A stretch of DNA of 64,000 nucleotides, from positions 1,054,001 to 1,118,000 of the forward strand of contig JANHCV010000009.1 in the NCBI GenBank assembly GCA_025594325.1, in the 5' to 3' direction. The first letter of the stretch is position 1; every line of letters begins with the position of its first letter. This stretch comes from Blastocladiella emersonii ATCC 22665 (lineage: Eukaryota > Fungi > Blastocladiomycota). Under the pieces are notes generated by a model. That model was not told the origin of the DNA, did not search any database, and was given only the letters and a program-made list of their open reading frames with translations. The position numbers were made by a program, and so were the translations under genes. This document shows, piece after piece, positions 46,985 through 57,663 of the stretch.

Positions 46985-47327
46985 TTAATTTTTTCTATCT
47001 CGTTATGTATTCATGAAAGTGCGGTTTGTTTCGCCATGTGTATGGTAGGTTAATTGACTGCTCGGCGCACGTTTTTTCGTTCTGGGACTGCGAGACACGG
47101 CTCACGTGGTATCGAAACGCGTCGACTGGCCGCGTGACCGGTGCGAGACAGTTTTTTCACACAAATGATGAAGGGCAGTCTGTCAGTCAGGAGTCAAGGG
47201 GATGTTTCAGGGTTGTCCCCTCATCTTCCGCTCATTGCTTAGCCGTGTTTGCTCTATTTAAGGATGGCCAGACCGCGGGACCGGCTTCGCCCTCTGTACG
47301 CTCACTCGACGCGAAAACAAGAAAACA

Positions 47328-48216
47328 ATGAAGCTTCCAGTGCGGATTTAATTCACTCTTATGCTGCGGCAACTGTCAGACTCACCTCATAGTTGCAGAT
47401 TATCATTCATTCGGCAAAGCTGGCCTGCTCGGCCAACAATCGCTTTGTGTACAAGTTTCAGGTAAAGCCTGATAATTCTCAGGGCTATCCAAGTGGTTTC
47501 AGTTCGGAGGCTGCCGCTCTTCCCACGGCCGTGGGGTCTGGTAGTTTCACGCTCATGTTTCGGCCAGGGCCTTCCAACGAGCAGAGCGAGGTTGGGATCA
47601 TCTTCGCTCGCAATACGAACCTCGCTCATTTGCTTAAATGTCAAGTAATTGCCAAGTGTTTTAACTCAAGTTGCTCGGTGACTCTCTACGCCCATCCAAC
47701 TGGGGCCCAAAGCTCGACAATTTATGCCACCATCGCTGACTTCAACATCATGGCCTACATAACTGATTCTCGACTCAACTCTCGAGTTTATGAGCTAGCG
47801 GTGGAGATGGAACCGATGAAACCGGTGGGACCGCCACAACCGGCAGATTCTCTCCACGACTTTTCGTTGCTCGCTACTCTCAACAATCCCAAAGTCTGCG
47901 ACGTCTCGTTTCTTGCTCGTGGCGCGTCTTCTCCACTCTATGCCTCACGTGCCATTCTTTCTGCCTGCTCAGATTTCTTTCTAAAGATGCTCAGCGGAAA
48001 CTGGGCCGAGTCTGCAGCTACTGCTCAGCCCATCTCGCTTTCCTCGTGGAGTCACGCTGGACTTGTGGCGGTTCTGCTTCATCTTTACTCTGGATGGACG
48101 CCCTCAGCGAATGCTTTGAGCTCGCTGAGATGGTTGAACGCCGCGACCTCGCCGCCGCGCTCAAGGAGCAGATGATTACGGTGCTGTCGAAGCGTGTCGA
48201 GGCCGTGAAACCCTGA
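47328..48216 (+). pseudogene. MATH-like/BTB array copy 6 with frameshifting deletion in the C-terminal part
   Basis: First exon MKLP plus intron from 47340. After GWTPS about 30 codons are missing relative to paralogs, and the conserved tail ECFELAEMVERRDL...KP* (stop 48214-48216) is out of frame. Confidence 0.7.
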
Positions 48217-50526
48217 TGTTCAGCGGATCAATCTATTACCGTAGTTAATAATATATTTGCGTAATAGCTATCATTTCTTTTACCGCCGGCTTTGCGTCCT
48301 AAGGGTCTTGTGCGTCAACTGCAGGAGACGCGTTGCGAGACGCGTTGCTCAAGTCACGTTTTGTGGCTGAGCGCGCGTCCAGCCTGATCGACTATTTTTG
48401 GCTGCAGCGACCGGCGCAGCGGCGGGCCGTCTGTGAGGCAAGGATCTCAACAAATAGTATTTACTAGCAGCTCGCCTTTCATAGCAATGCGGGGCTTTGC
48501 CCAAGCTATAGGCGCTGCGATTTCGTTTTGACGCTCGTCACGCGTCCCAATCACGTTGCTCCCAATGGCATCACTCCCCGTGTCTCGTTGCGCCACTTCG
48601 CTTCGGCTCTCGCTTCCGCTCTGCTCCCCTCCCGTTTGCTCCCCTCAATCAATGAAGCTGATTTACTCCATGCAATGAATCTCATAAATCATGAAATCGA
48701 CGGCGGGCTGGTCCCGTCTCTCCTGCAGCGCTTTGGGTGGCGCTCGCGCGGCGACGTGCTGTGCTCGACTTGACCGGTGACTTGAGTGTTCCGTTAGCAT
48801 GGCTTTCGCACTCTGCTCTTGCGACTGCACGAGCGCTGCTTAGGAGAGCTCGCGAGCAGAGAGGCATGTCGCGAGACGCTTTCGCGTCGCCTGAGCTTGC
48901 AATATCTGGCGTCGCAAAGCGACCCCAGCTCGAAGTTGATGCTATTTGTGTTCTTATTCGTCCGCTTGCGCCCATGTACTCGCTTTTCTTGCGTTGCCGC
49001 CGCCGCCACTACACCCGCGTTGCGCCCGCCAAGCGTCGCGTCGCATCTCGCTTACTTGTCGCAGGACGTTGTGCTGCGCGAATTGGCACGACAAAGTCAC
49101 TTTAACCCTCTCAACGACTAGCTACGCGGTCTCTCTGCTTCGGCGGTGCGGGATGCAAACTCATGAGCGGAGCGCGCATCTGGCTTTGCTCCGGCGCAAG
49201 CACGCCCAACTCATCTGCTGTGCTGCTGATCGCTTCTGACCCCGACCGCTGCCACCTGCACGGCGGCGGAACTTCGTACGACCAAATCACTAGAACCCTT
49301 GTCGAGCTCGGACGAGCTCTATTCTATGCGCGCCGCGAACCATCATTACTTTCAACATCGCTGACAGGCTTCCCGTGCAAAATTTGTACACGTCGACCAC
49401 CGCGCAACTGGAGGCGAGCGTAAGGCGGCTGAGCAGGGAGGTCGTCACGGGCGCGGTCGGGAGTGCCTCGTGTCGCTGTCAGCGACATGCCGTGGGCACC
49501 GTAACGCACTTCAACCTTTCGCGATCCTTCCACCGTAGGTCCGCTTCATCCGAGCTCTCTTGTTCCGTGCCCAAGGAAGCGAGCTCGCTCAAGGTCTCAA
49601 GCTGGATCATAGCGTGCGACGCGAACGCCATCGTCGTCAGGTGCTTTCTTGGCGGAAAACCAACGCGTTGGTCGAGATCGAGTCGCCGCGCGCATTCGTT
49701 GTGCTTAGTTTATTCATGCCCTTCGCTCACGATTGCCAACTACCTCCATATCGGCTTGCCGAGAATACCAGCATTCTGTTGTGAGCGAGCGGCTCACCTT
49801 GACGCGTCCGTCATAAATCTGATCTCAGTTGCCTTGAGCGAGCTACGCGCTACGTGCCCGGATGCTGCAGTGAGGCGCTTTACAAGGTACTCGGCGCCCA
49901 CAACCAAGGCGCGCTAGGGCTCCATCAAGAGGACCATCACCAAAGCGTGACTGGCCGCGATTGTGCGCGCGTGAGCGCAGCTAGCTGTACGACGAGTTGC
50001 TACAGAAGGTGGAAAAGCAATTTGTTTGGCAACCTTTAGGTTGCTCCGTCCCGTCCATAGTCAACTTGAGCAGGAAGGCGAGCAGAGCAGAAGCGAGAGA
50101 AGACTTGCGGTGACGGCTTTGACGCGCTGTACTGACGCGTCGCGACTTTCAATCGCGAGCCCCTCTGCGTTTTACGGGTCCGAAACACGATCTCAGTCAG
50201 CGCTGTGCTTGATGCGAGTCCCGTGTCTTCCACTTCATAAGTCATGCAGTTCCTTGCATCACGCGTCAATAACCGCGTCTCCAGTGCCAGGTGATCGTGG
50301 CGAGAGGGCTTTTGGGCAAAGCCCCGCACAGTTGACACCAGAACGGAGTGAGTGGTGGAGGTACTGGCAATAACTTATGATGTTGGACGTGATTACACGT
50401 GAAACGTGCAGTCGGCTCCTTCCGCGCGTCCAAAGCGTATCCAGGCCGCATCGGAAGCAAGTTCAGCGGCCTTCAGCACTGGACCGGTGAACCCTCCTGA
50501 AGTGTACTGAAGCGATACCGCACACC

Positions 50527-51218
50527 ATGGATCAGCCTCAAGTATGGCCCAACAAAAACTTGCGCATTTATCAACCAACTGATTACAGACCCCCGCAAAC
50601 AGGTGCTAGAGCAGCCTCCCATCATCTGCGACGAGTTCAACGAGGTCTCGTACACCTTCAACTGCGGCCCCATCGAGGAGACTGCGTCGAAGGCGGGCTT
50701 CGTGACCACGCGGATCGATTTTCCACCCGCGTTTGGCGGTGGCAACTTCAGCTTTGGCGTCCGTCCCTCGATTGAGCCTGGAAACTGGGAGAAGTTCCTC
50801 GTCCTCCGACCGTACAACAACTACCACCTCCCGTTCGACATCCAGTGCGACGCGGACCTCCGAATCTCGCACAAAATGCGCTTCTTGGCCTCCCTTGCCC
50901 GATCGGCGACCATGTGCTGTTACATTCTCAAAGAGCAGGCACACTTGGTTTATGGCACCCCGACCGATCCAGCGTTCTCCGTTCCCAGTGGAGAGCTCGT
51001 TACTGTCACCATGACAATCCGTTTCAGTCGGGTGGACATTCCCACTGCGCGGTTCCCAACTATGAATGGTGCGTTCGAGTTACCGGGACTCGCAGCTCTT
51101 GCGCTGACCGCTCAATTGCGCTGTAGTCACAACGATGGCCGCAGCGCGTCCTCGCCCAACTTCCTCTCGCGAGATTGTCCCCTCGCGTCGTGCTCGCCCC
51201 GCCACTCGCACCGGTTGA
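50527..51218 (+). CDS. MATH-like-only relative of the array (no BTB)
   Basis: Same micro-exon architecture (MDQPQ, intron 50542..50602). AGFVTTRIDFPPAFGGGNFSFGVRP resembles copy 5 (SGFVTRSIPLPPAVGGGVF). A second intron 51069..51126 leads to a short Arg-rich tail. Confidence 0.65.
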
Positions 51219-51645
51219 TGGAAAACGGTGCCGAGGCAGAAAATTTGCTTGGTTTTGAAATTTATGCGTTTTCTCTTGCCTGAACTCTCGACGCGAGCGC
51301 CCGCTGAATGCTTTCCAGGGAGCCAACTATTGGGAACGTGTATCACTCTTTCGCGCGCTACTCTTGCAAGCTACGAGACGCGTGGAGCACCACTTTGTAA
51401 TGAGTCATGTTGCTCTCGTCATTGCGAATGGTTTCAGGTTCGCAATGTTGCAGGTGAGACGCGAAACGCGAAACGCGAGACGCGTCGAGAAAACACGTGA
51501 GGTCAGGTCGCCGTTGATCAGGATCGACGATCACTCGCCTCGCTGAAACGTTGATTCGAGGCACGATGGGAGCCTCACAGCCCCCGGAAGTCACTCTACA
51601 CTCATCTACCTCCCACACTCCTCCCTCGCAGACTGCCACCTCGCC

Positions 51646-52407
51646 ATGAATCTTGACCTCGTCGAAGACATCCTCCTCTTCACCGCGGCGGCCACACTTG
51701 GCGGCTACTCGGCCTGCAAGTGCACCAACCGGCTCTTGTCAGATGCCAAGGGCTGGCCCTTCGACTACGCGCGTCAGTGCCCGACGGGCCCGCCGCGTCG
51801 GTTCGGCCGCGACCTTCGAGCGTACCTGCACGTCGCGCCGGACCTCTGACGGCTGCAGGACTTCATCAAGCCGCGGTTCTCAGGGATGCAGCGGTTCCAC
51901 GCCTACGCCGACGACCGGCCGGACTGGCTCCGCGTGCTCCGCATGAAGTGCGGCTGCCCGGTGAAGTGGGGTGGCGGGCCGCACGTGTGCAGCGCGGGCG
52001 AGGAGCCGATACTGATCCGCGCGGCGTACAAATACCAACGTCACCAAGTCCTGGGCGAGGTGCTGGCGCGGGCGCCCACGCAGCTGGTCGACCCGCTCAG
52101 CGCGGCCGTGCGCGAGGCGCGCTCGAACCTCACAAAGCTGCGCATTCCTGATTTTGCAACGGAGCTGCAGCGGCTCTCGCTCATGCGAGTGAACGAGAAG
52201 ACGGGGATGCCGTACTTGCCGCCCCTCGAGTGTGTGATCTGCTACCCGCAGTGGGGGGGGGGGGGGGGGGGCGAGACGTTGAACAAAACTGGTATATTGC
52301 GCAAATCAAGAACGAGCCGGCCAGCGACGCGATTCAGGCAATCGACGCGCGGTGCGAGTGGCGGCCGAGGTGCTTCTTGCGCACGTTCTCCTGCGACGGG
52401 AGGCTGA
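51646..52407 (+). pseudogene. F-box-like ORF interrupted by in-frame TGA and ending at a G19 tract
   Basis: MNLDLVEDILL start with CGCCATG context and the composite element upstream (51480). ORFs 51646..51849 and 51886..52407 share a frame. G19 at 52253..52271. Confidence 0.45.
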
Positions 52408-54087
52408 TGCCGCGCGGGGTCTCGTTCTCGGTGCTGCGCTGGGCCATGGGGACCCACTCGCGCGGCGCGGGGCCGTCGTACATCTGGACGCGGAAGCGAG
52501 GTAATGAGTGTGGGTGGAGGGCGAGGGAAGAGGAGCGTGAGCACGGCGTACCTGCTGTGGGCGGAAGATCTTGATCTCCGAGTCAACGAGCTGTTCGCGC
52601 CAGTGCGCGAGCCAGCCGGCGTTCCTGTTCGTCGACGAACGAGAGTGAGCGCGCAGCGACGACGAGGGGGAACGCGGCGAGAGCGTACCGTGCGATGGCG
52701 AAGAGGACAGGGAAAAAGTCGGTCGGGAAGCCCATGCCCGCGTACACGAGCCCTACGCGTCGCATCGGGTCAGCGTCCAGGTCAACGACGAAGAGAAAGA
52801 AGAGAAGCACGCACCGGCGAAGAAATCCGTGTTCGGGTAGAGCTTGCGCTTGATAAAGTAGTCGTCGCTGAGGGCGATGCGCTCAAGCTCGAGGGCGACC
52901 TCGAGGAGCGGGTTGGTGCCCATGACCTCGAACACCATGTCGACGACCTTGCGCATAATGCGGGCGCGGGGGTCGTAAGAACGGTATACCCTGTGCCCAA
53001 AGCCTAAAATGGCACAAAGTTAGTACATGAGCTTGGGCAGGGCGGGTGGCGCGGGCAACGAGCGCGCAGCACCAGCGGCGGCGGCCGAGATCGAGATGAC
53101 GCGTACCCATGAGCTTGCGCTTCTTCTGCTTGACCTGCTCAATGAAGGCGGGGACCTTGTCGACGGTGCCAATCTCCTGGAGCATGCGGAGGGCGGCCTC
53201 GTTGGCGCCGCCGTGGCTAGGCCCGTACAGGGCAGACGCGGCGCCGGCGACGCAAATGTACGGGTCGATGCCCGTGGAGGCGATCTGGCGGAACGCGGAA
53301 GTGGAGCAGTTGAGCTCGTGGTCGGCGTGGAGGATCAGGCAGATGTCGAGTGCGCGGACGAGCTTCGGGTTCGGGCGGTAGTTGGGCTCGGACAGGCGGT
53401 CGAGCATGTAGAGGAAGTTCTCCGAGTAGCCCATGTCGTTGGACGGGTAGTTGTAGGGGCGGCCGATGCGGTGGCGGTACGCGCAGGCGGCGATGGTGGG
53501 CATCTTGCCGAGGAGGCGGAAGATCTGCTTGTTGACCATGGCGTCGGCGGTGTAGATGTGGTCGCCGTGCAGGTCCGTGGACGCCTCCGGGTGAAACGTC
53601 TCGAGGGCGGCGATGGCGGACACGAGCATGCCCATCGGGTGGGCGTCGTAGCGGAACGAGCGCAGGTAGTCGATGAGGTTCTCGTGGATGTACGTGTGGC
53701 GCATGACCTTGTGCTGCCACTTGGACAGCACGTCCGGGCTCGGCAGGTCGCCGTAGATGAGCAGGTAGCTGACCTCGAGGAACGTCGACTTCTCGGCCAG
53801 GTCCTCGATCGGGATGCCGCGGTACCGCAGGATGCCCTTCTCGCCGTCAATGTAGCAGATCTGCGACTTGCACACGGCCGTGTTGAGGTACCCGTTGTCG
53901 TAGACGCGGAGCCCGAACTGGCGCAGCGCCGACGACTTGATGGCGCCGTTGTGCACCTCGACCTCGGTCTCCTCGCCGTTGCGGTTGTCGCGGATGACGA
54001 CGCTAGATGCCGTGGTTTACGTTGAGCGTGGGGCTCGGTGCGGGCACGCGAGTGCTGCCAGTACATTTGCTTCTCCGTCGTTGACAT
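52334..54087 (-). CDS. citrate synthase, bacterial/peroxisomal type
   Basis: [57 protein letters not shown]|FGHRVY, YPNTDFF, R|TAGWLAHW, IFRPQQ. Five introns. Last exon MYDGP...HRASIA*. Confidence 0.95.
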
Positions 54088-54391
54088 GTTCATGCTTTCA
54101 TGGGTTCGAAGAGCGAGAGAGAGAACGCGTTGCGCTCGCTCGGTTCGGGCGGCTCGGCCCGCGGTTCCGCGTGGCGGCGCGGCAGGCCAACGCGGACGCG
54201 CGCGCAGGGACGCGTGACCGCGCCTCCGGTGACATCACCGTGCTCGGCGACGCGTCACGCGGCGCGGCATGACTGGGACCACGCCACACGTTCTTCGCGA
54301 CCTGGCGAGCTGCCGATCCATCGCGCGGCCTCGCGCTCTTCGCGACAACGAGCCGAGTGGCACCACGTAACTTTTAAACCAACCCCCAAAG

Positions 54392-55304
54392 ATGCTCTAC
54401 GTGATCGGGCTCGGCCTGGGCGACGAAAAGGACATTACCCTGCGCGGGCTCGAGACCATCAAGACGTGCGAGCGCGTGCACCTCGAGGCGTACACGTCGA
54501 TTCTGCCGGGCATCGACATTTCGCGCCTGGTGCGTCTTGCACGGACTCGTATCACGCGAGAGAGCCCGAACTTAACGTCCCCCGACGCGAGAACAGGAGG
54601 AGCTGTACGGCAAGAAGATCCAGCTGGCGCACCGCGAGACGGTGGAGAGCGAGGCCGAGTCGATCCTGGCGGACGCGGACAAGGTGAACGTGGCGTTCCT
54701 GGTGGTGGGCGACCCGTTCGGGGCGACGACGCACACGGACCTGATCCTGCGTGCCAAGCAGGAGGGGATCCCGTTTGAGGTGATCCACAACGCGTCCATC
54801 ATGAACGCGATCGGGTGCACGGGCATGCAGCTGTACAACTTCGGCCTGACCATCTCCATGGTCTTCTTCACCGAGAACTGGCGGCCCGACTCGTGGTACG
54901 ACAAGATCAAGAAGAACCGCGACCTTCACCTGCACACGCTGTGCCTGCTCGACATCAAGGTGCGCGAGCAGTCGTTTGAGAACATGGCGCGCGGCCGCCT
55001 CATCTACGAGCCGCCGCGGTACATGACCGTGAACCAGGCCGCCGAGCAGCTGCTCGAGGTCGAGGAGAAGCGCAACGAGGGCGCCTACGCCCCGACCACC
55101 ATCGCCATTGGCGTCGCGCGCGTCGGCACGCGCCACCAGGTCATCAAGTCGGGCACCATCGAGGAGCTGCTCACCGCCGACTTTGGCGAGCCCCTGCACT
55201 CGCTCATCATCCCGGCCAAGATGCACGAGCTCGAGCGCGACTACGCCCGCATGTACGCCATCAACACCGAGACGTTCGACAAGTACGTCGAGATCGAGCA
55301 CTAG
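54392..55304 (+). CDS. DPH5: diphthine methyl ester synthase
   Basis: [54 protein letters not shown]. One intron at ~54530..54596. Confidence 0.97.
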
Positions 55305-55513
55305 GATTTATGGGGGAACGGGATATAATACACGCAACAGTTGCTGGATTGCAATGACGCGCGGTTCAGCTGACGCGGATCGAATTTCCGCCCCACCCGT
55401 TTTCGGACACACTCACACGCCCGGGCGCGTCGCGACGCACTCCGCCCCGCCTCAAAATCGACCGGCCCGTCCCTTGCCCGCCGAGCCGCAACTCGCTGCA
55501 TCTCTCACTGCCC

Positions 55514-57532
55514 ATGGATCACGACGCACACGACGCTCCGCCACCGCCGCCGCAGCAGCAGGCTGCCGACGCGCCCGCCCACCACCCACCATCTGCACCC
55601 AACGGCATGGACGTGCACTCGCCATCGACGGCGCCCGCTGGCCAGCCGCAGTCGCCGCGTCGCCGCTCGCCATCGCCCATGCGCGGGCTCGTCACGGCCG
55701 CCGACGGACCGTCCGAGGCCGAGCAGACGAACGGCGGCGAGGCCAACGGCGGTGCCGGCGGCGACGAGGAGACGCCCATGGACACGGACGCAACCACCAC
55801 CGCCGTCGCCACGTCGACGACGCCGCGCCCTGCGGCCAAGCAGGCGATGGAGCTGAGCTACTCGAAGCTGGACGAGGAGGCGCGGCGGTACCTGATCGAG
55901 CAGACGCACGAGATCATCATCCCGTCGTACTCTGCGTGGTTCGACATGAACCGGATCCACGACGTCGAGACCGCGGCGCTGCCCGAGTTCTTCAACGCCC
56001 GCAACAAGTCCAAGACGCCCGCCGTCTACAAGGAGTACCGCGACTTTATGGTCAACGCGTACCGCCTCAACCCGACCGAGTACCTGACCGTCACGGCGTG
56101 CCGCCGCAACCTCGCCGGCGACGTGTGCGCTATCATGCGTGTGCATGCGTTCCTCGAGCAGTGGGGGCTCATCAACTACCACGTACGTCTTTTCTCCCCG
56201 ACGTCCCCGTCAACGCGCGCTCACACACTCCCCCAAATCTAGGTCGACCCCGAGACCCGCCCCGCCGCCCTCGTCCCGCCATTCACCGGCCACTTCCGCG
56301 TCACCGCCGACACCCCGCGCGGCCTGCAGCCGTTCCTGCCCTCGGTCATGCAGCAGGCCAAGCACGCCCAGGACGCGCAGCACCCGGGTCCCACCGGTCC
56401 CGCGCTCTCGACCGCCATCGGGTCGACCGAGCTCACCGCCACGACCACCACGACCACGACCCTCGCCGTCACCAACACGACCACCACCACCGTGTCCATC
56501 AACGGGAACGGTTCGGGTCCTGCGCCCGTCGCGGCCAACCTCGCGCTGCGCCAGGACGTGTACACGCGCGACGCGTCGGCCGTCGGGACCGCCCCCGCGA
56601 CCGAAACCACCGCGACGCGCACGGCGCACCGGTGCAGCACGTGCGGCGTCGACTGCACGGCGCAGCGGTACCACGCGCTGACCGTGGCCGATTTCGATCT
56701 GTGCGAGGGGTGCTACCTCGAGGGCCGGTTCCCGAGCCACCTGTACTCGGGCGATTTCGTGCGCCTCGACCACGTCACCGAGCGCGTGTCGTCGGGGACC
56801 ACCGGCGCCGGGGCGCCGCAGTGGACGGACCAGGAAACCCTCCTGCTGCTCGAGGGCATCGAGATGTTCGAGTCGGACTGGTCGGCCGTCGCCGCGCACG
56901 TCGGGACCAAGTCGCGCGACGCGTGTGTCGCGCACTTCCTCGCGCTGCCCATCGAGGACCCGTACGTCGGCGTCCCGATGCGCGACCTCGGCCCGCTTCA
57001 GTTCCACCGCCACGCGTTCTCGGACGCCGAGAACCCCGTCCTCTCGCTCGTCTCGTTCCTCGCCGCGACCGTCCCGCCTACGGTCGCGGCCACGGTCGCC
57101 AAGGCCGCGCGCGAGGCTGTCGCCGCCACCGCAACCGCCGAGGGCGAGACCGCGGAGGCCACGGAGAAACTCCACGGGATCGCCGCGACCGCCGTCGGCC
57201 TGTCGGCCGCGCGCGCCGCGACGGCCGCCGCGGGCGAGGAGGCCGAGATGCGCGCCCTGATGCACTCGCTGCTCGACCTGCAGAGCAAGAAGGTCGACCT
57301 CAAGCTCGCGCACTTTGACCAGCTCGAGGCCGCGCTCGACTGGGACCGCCGCGTCCTCGAGCAGGAGAAGCACGCGCTGTTTGTCGAGAAGCTCGCGATG
57401 CGGCGCGCGGCCACGGGCGCCGTCAGCGTCGAGTCGCTCGCGGTCGGCGGCGGCGAGGCGGGGTATGTGCCAGGGAACCCGTTCGCGGACGCGGCGGGTA
57501 GTGGCGGGGAGCCGCGGTTGGTGCAGATGTGA
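55514..57532 (+). CDS. SWI3/RSC8 (SMARCC) chromatin-remodelling subunit
   Basis: SWIRM ([10 protein letters not shown]...[12 protein letters not shown]), ZZ finger (CSTCGVDC...LCEGCY), SANT ([14 protein letters not shown]), and C-terminal coiled coil. Intron ~56183..56241. Confidence 0.95.
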
Positions 57533-57663
57533 GTGTCGTGTTGTGGGACTGGTGGATGGCGTATATATTTCTCTCTTTTGATCGAGTCGGAGACCAACGA
57601 AGGGAGAGAGAGGTGATCAAAAACGAACATGTACTACTTACTAAACTAAATCAACCAACCAAC

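Noticed and set aside
48528-50460. Scattered short ORFs between the BTB array and the MATH-only gene
   Set aside because: No recognisable domain, consistent frame or splice model. Possibly decayed accessory sequence, but unsupported.
52230-52574. ORF beyond the G19 tract as a phase-variable C-terminal extension
   Set aside because: It is antisense to the last exons of citrate synthase, which explains its openness.
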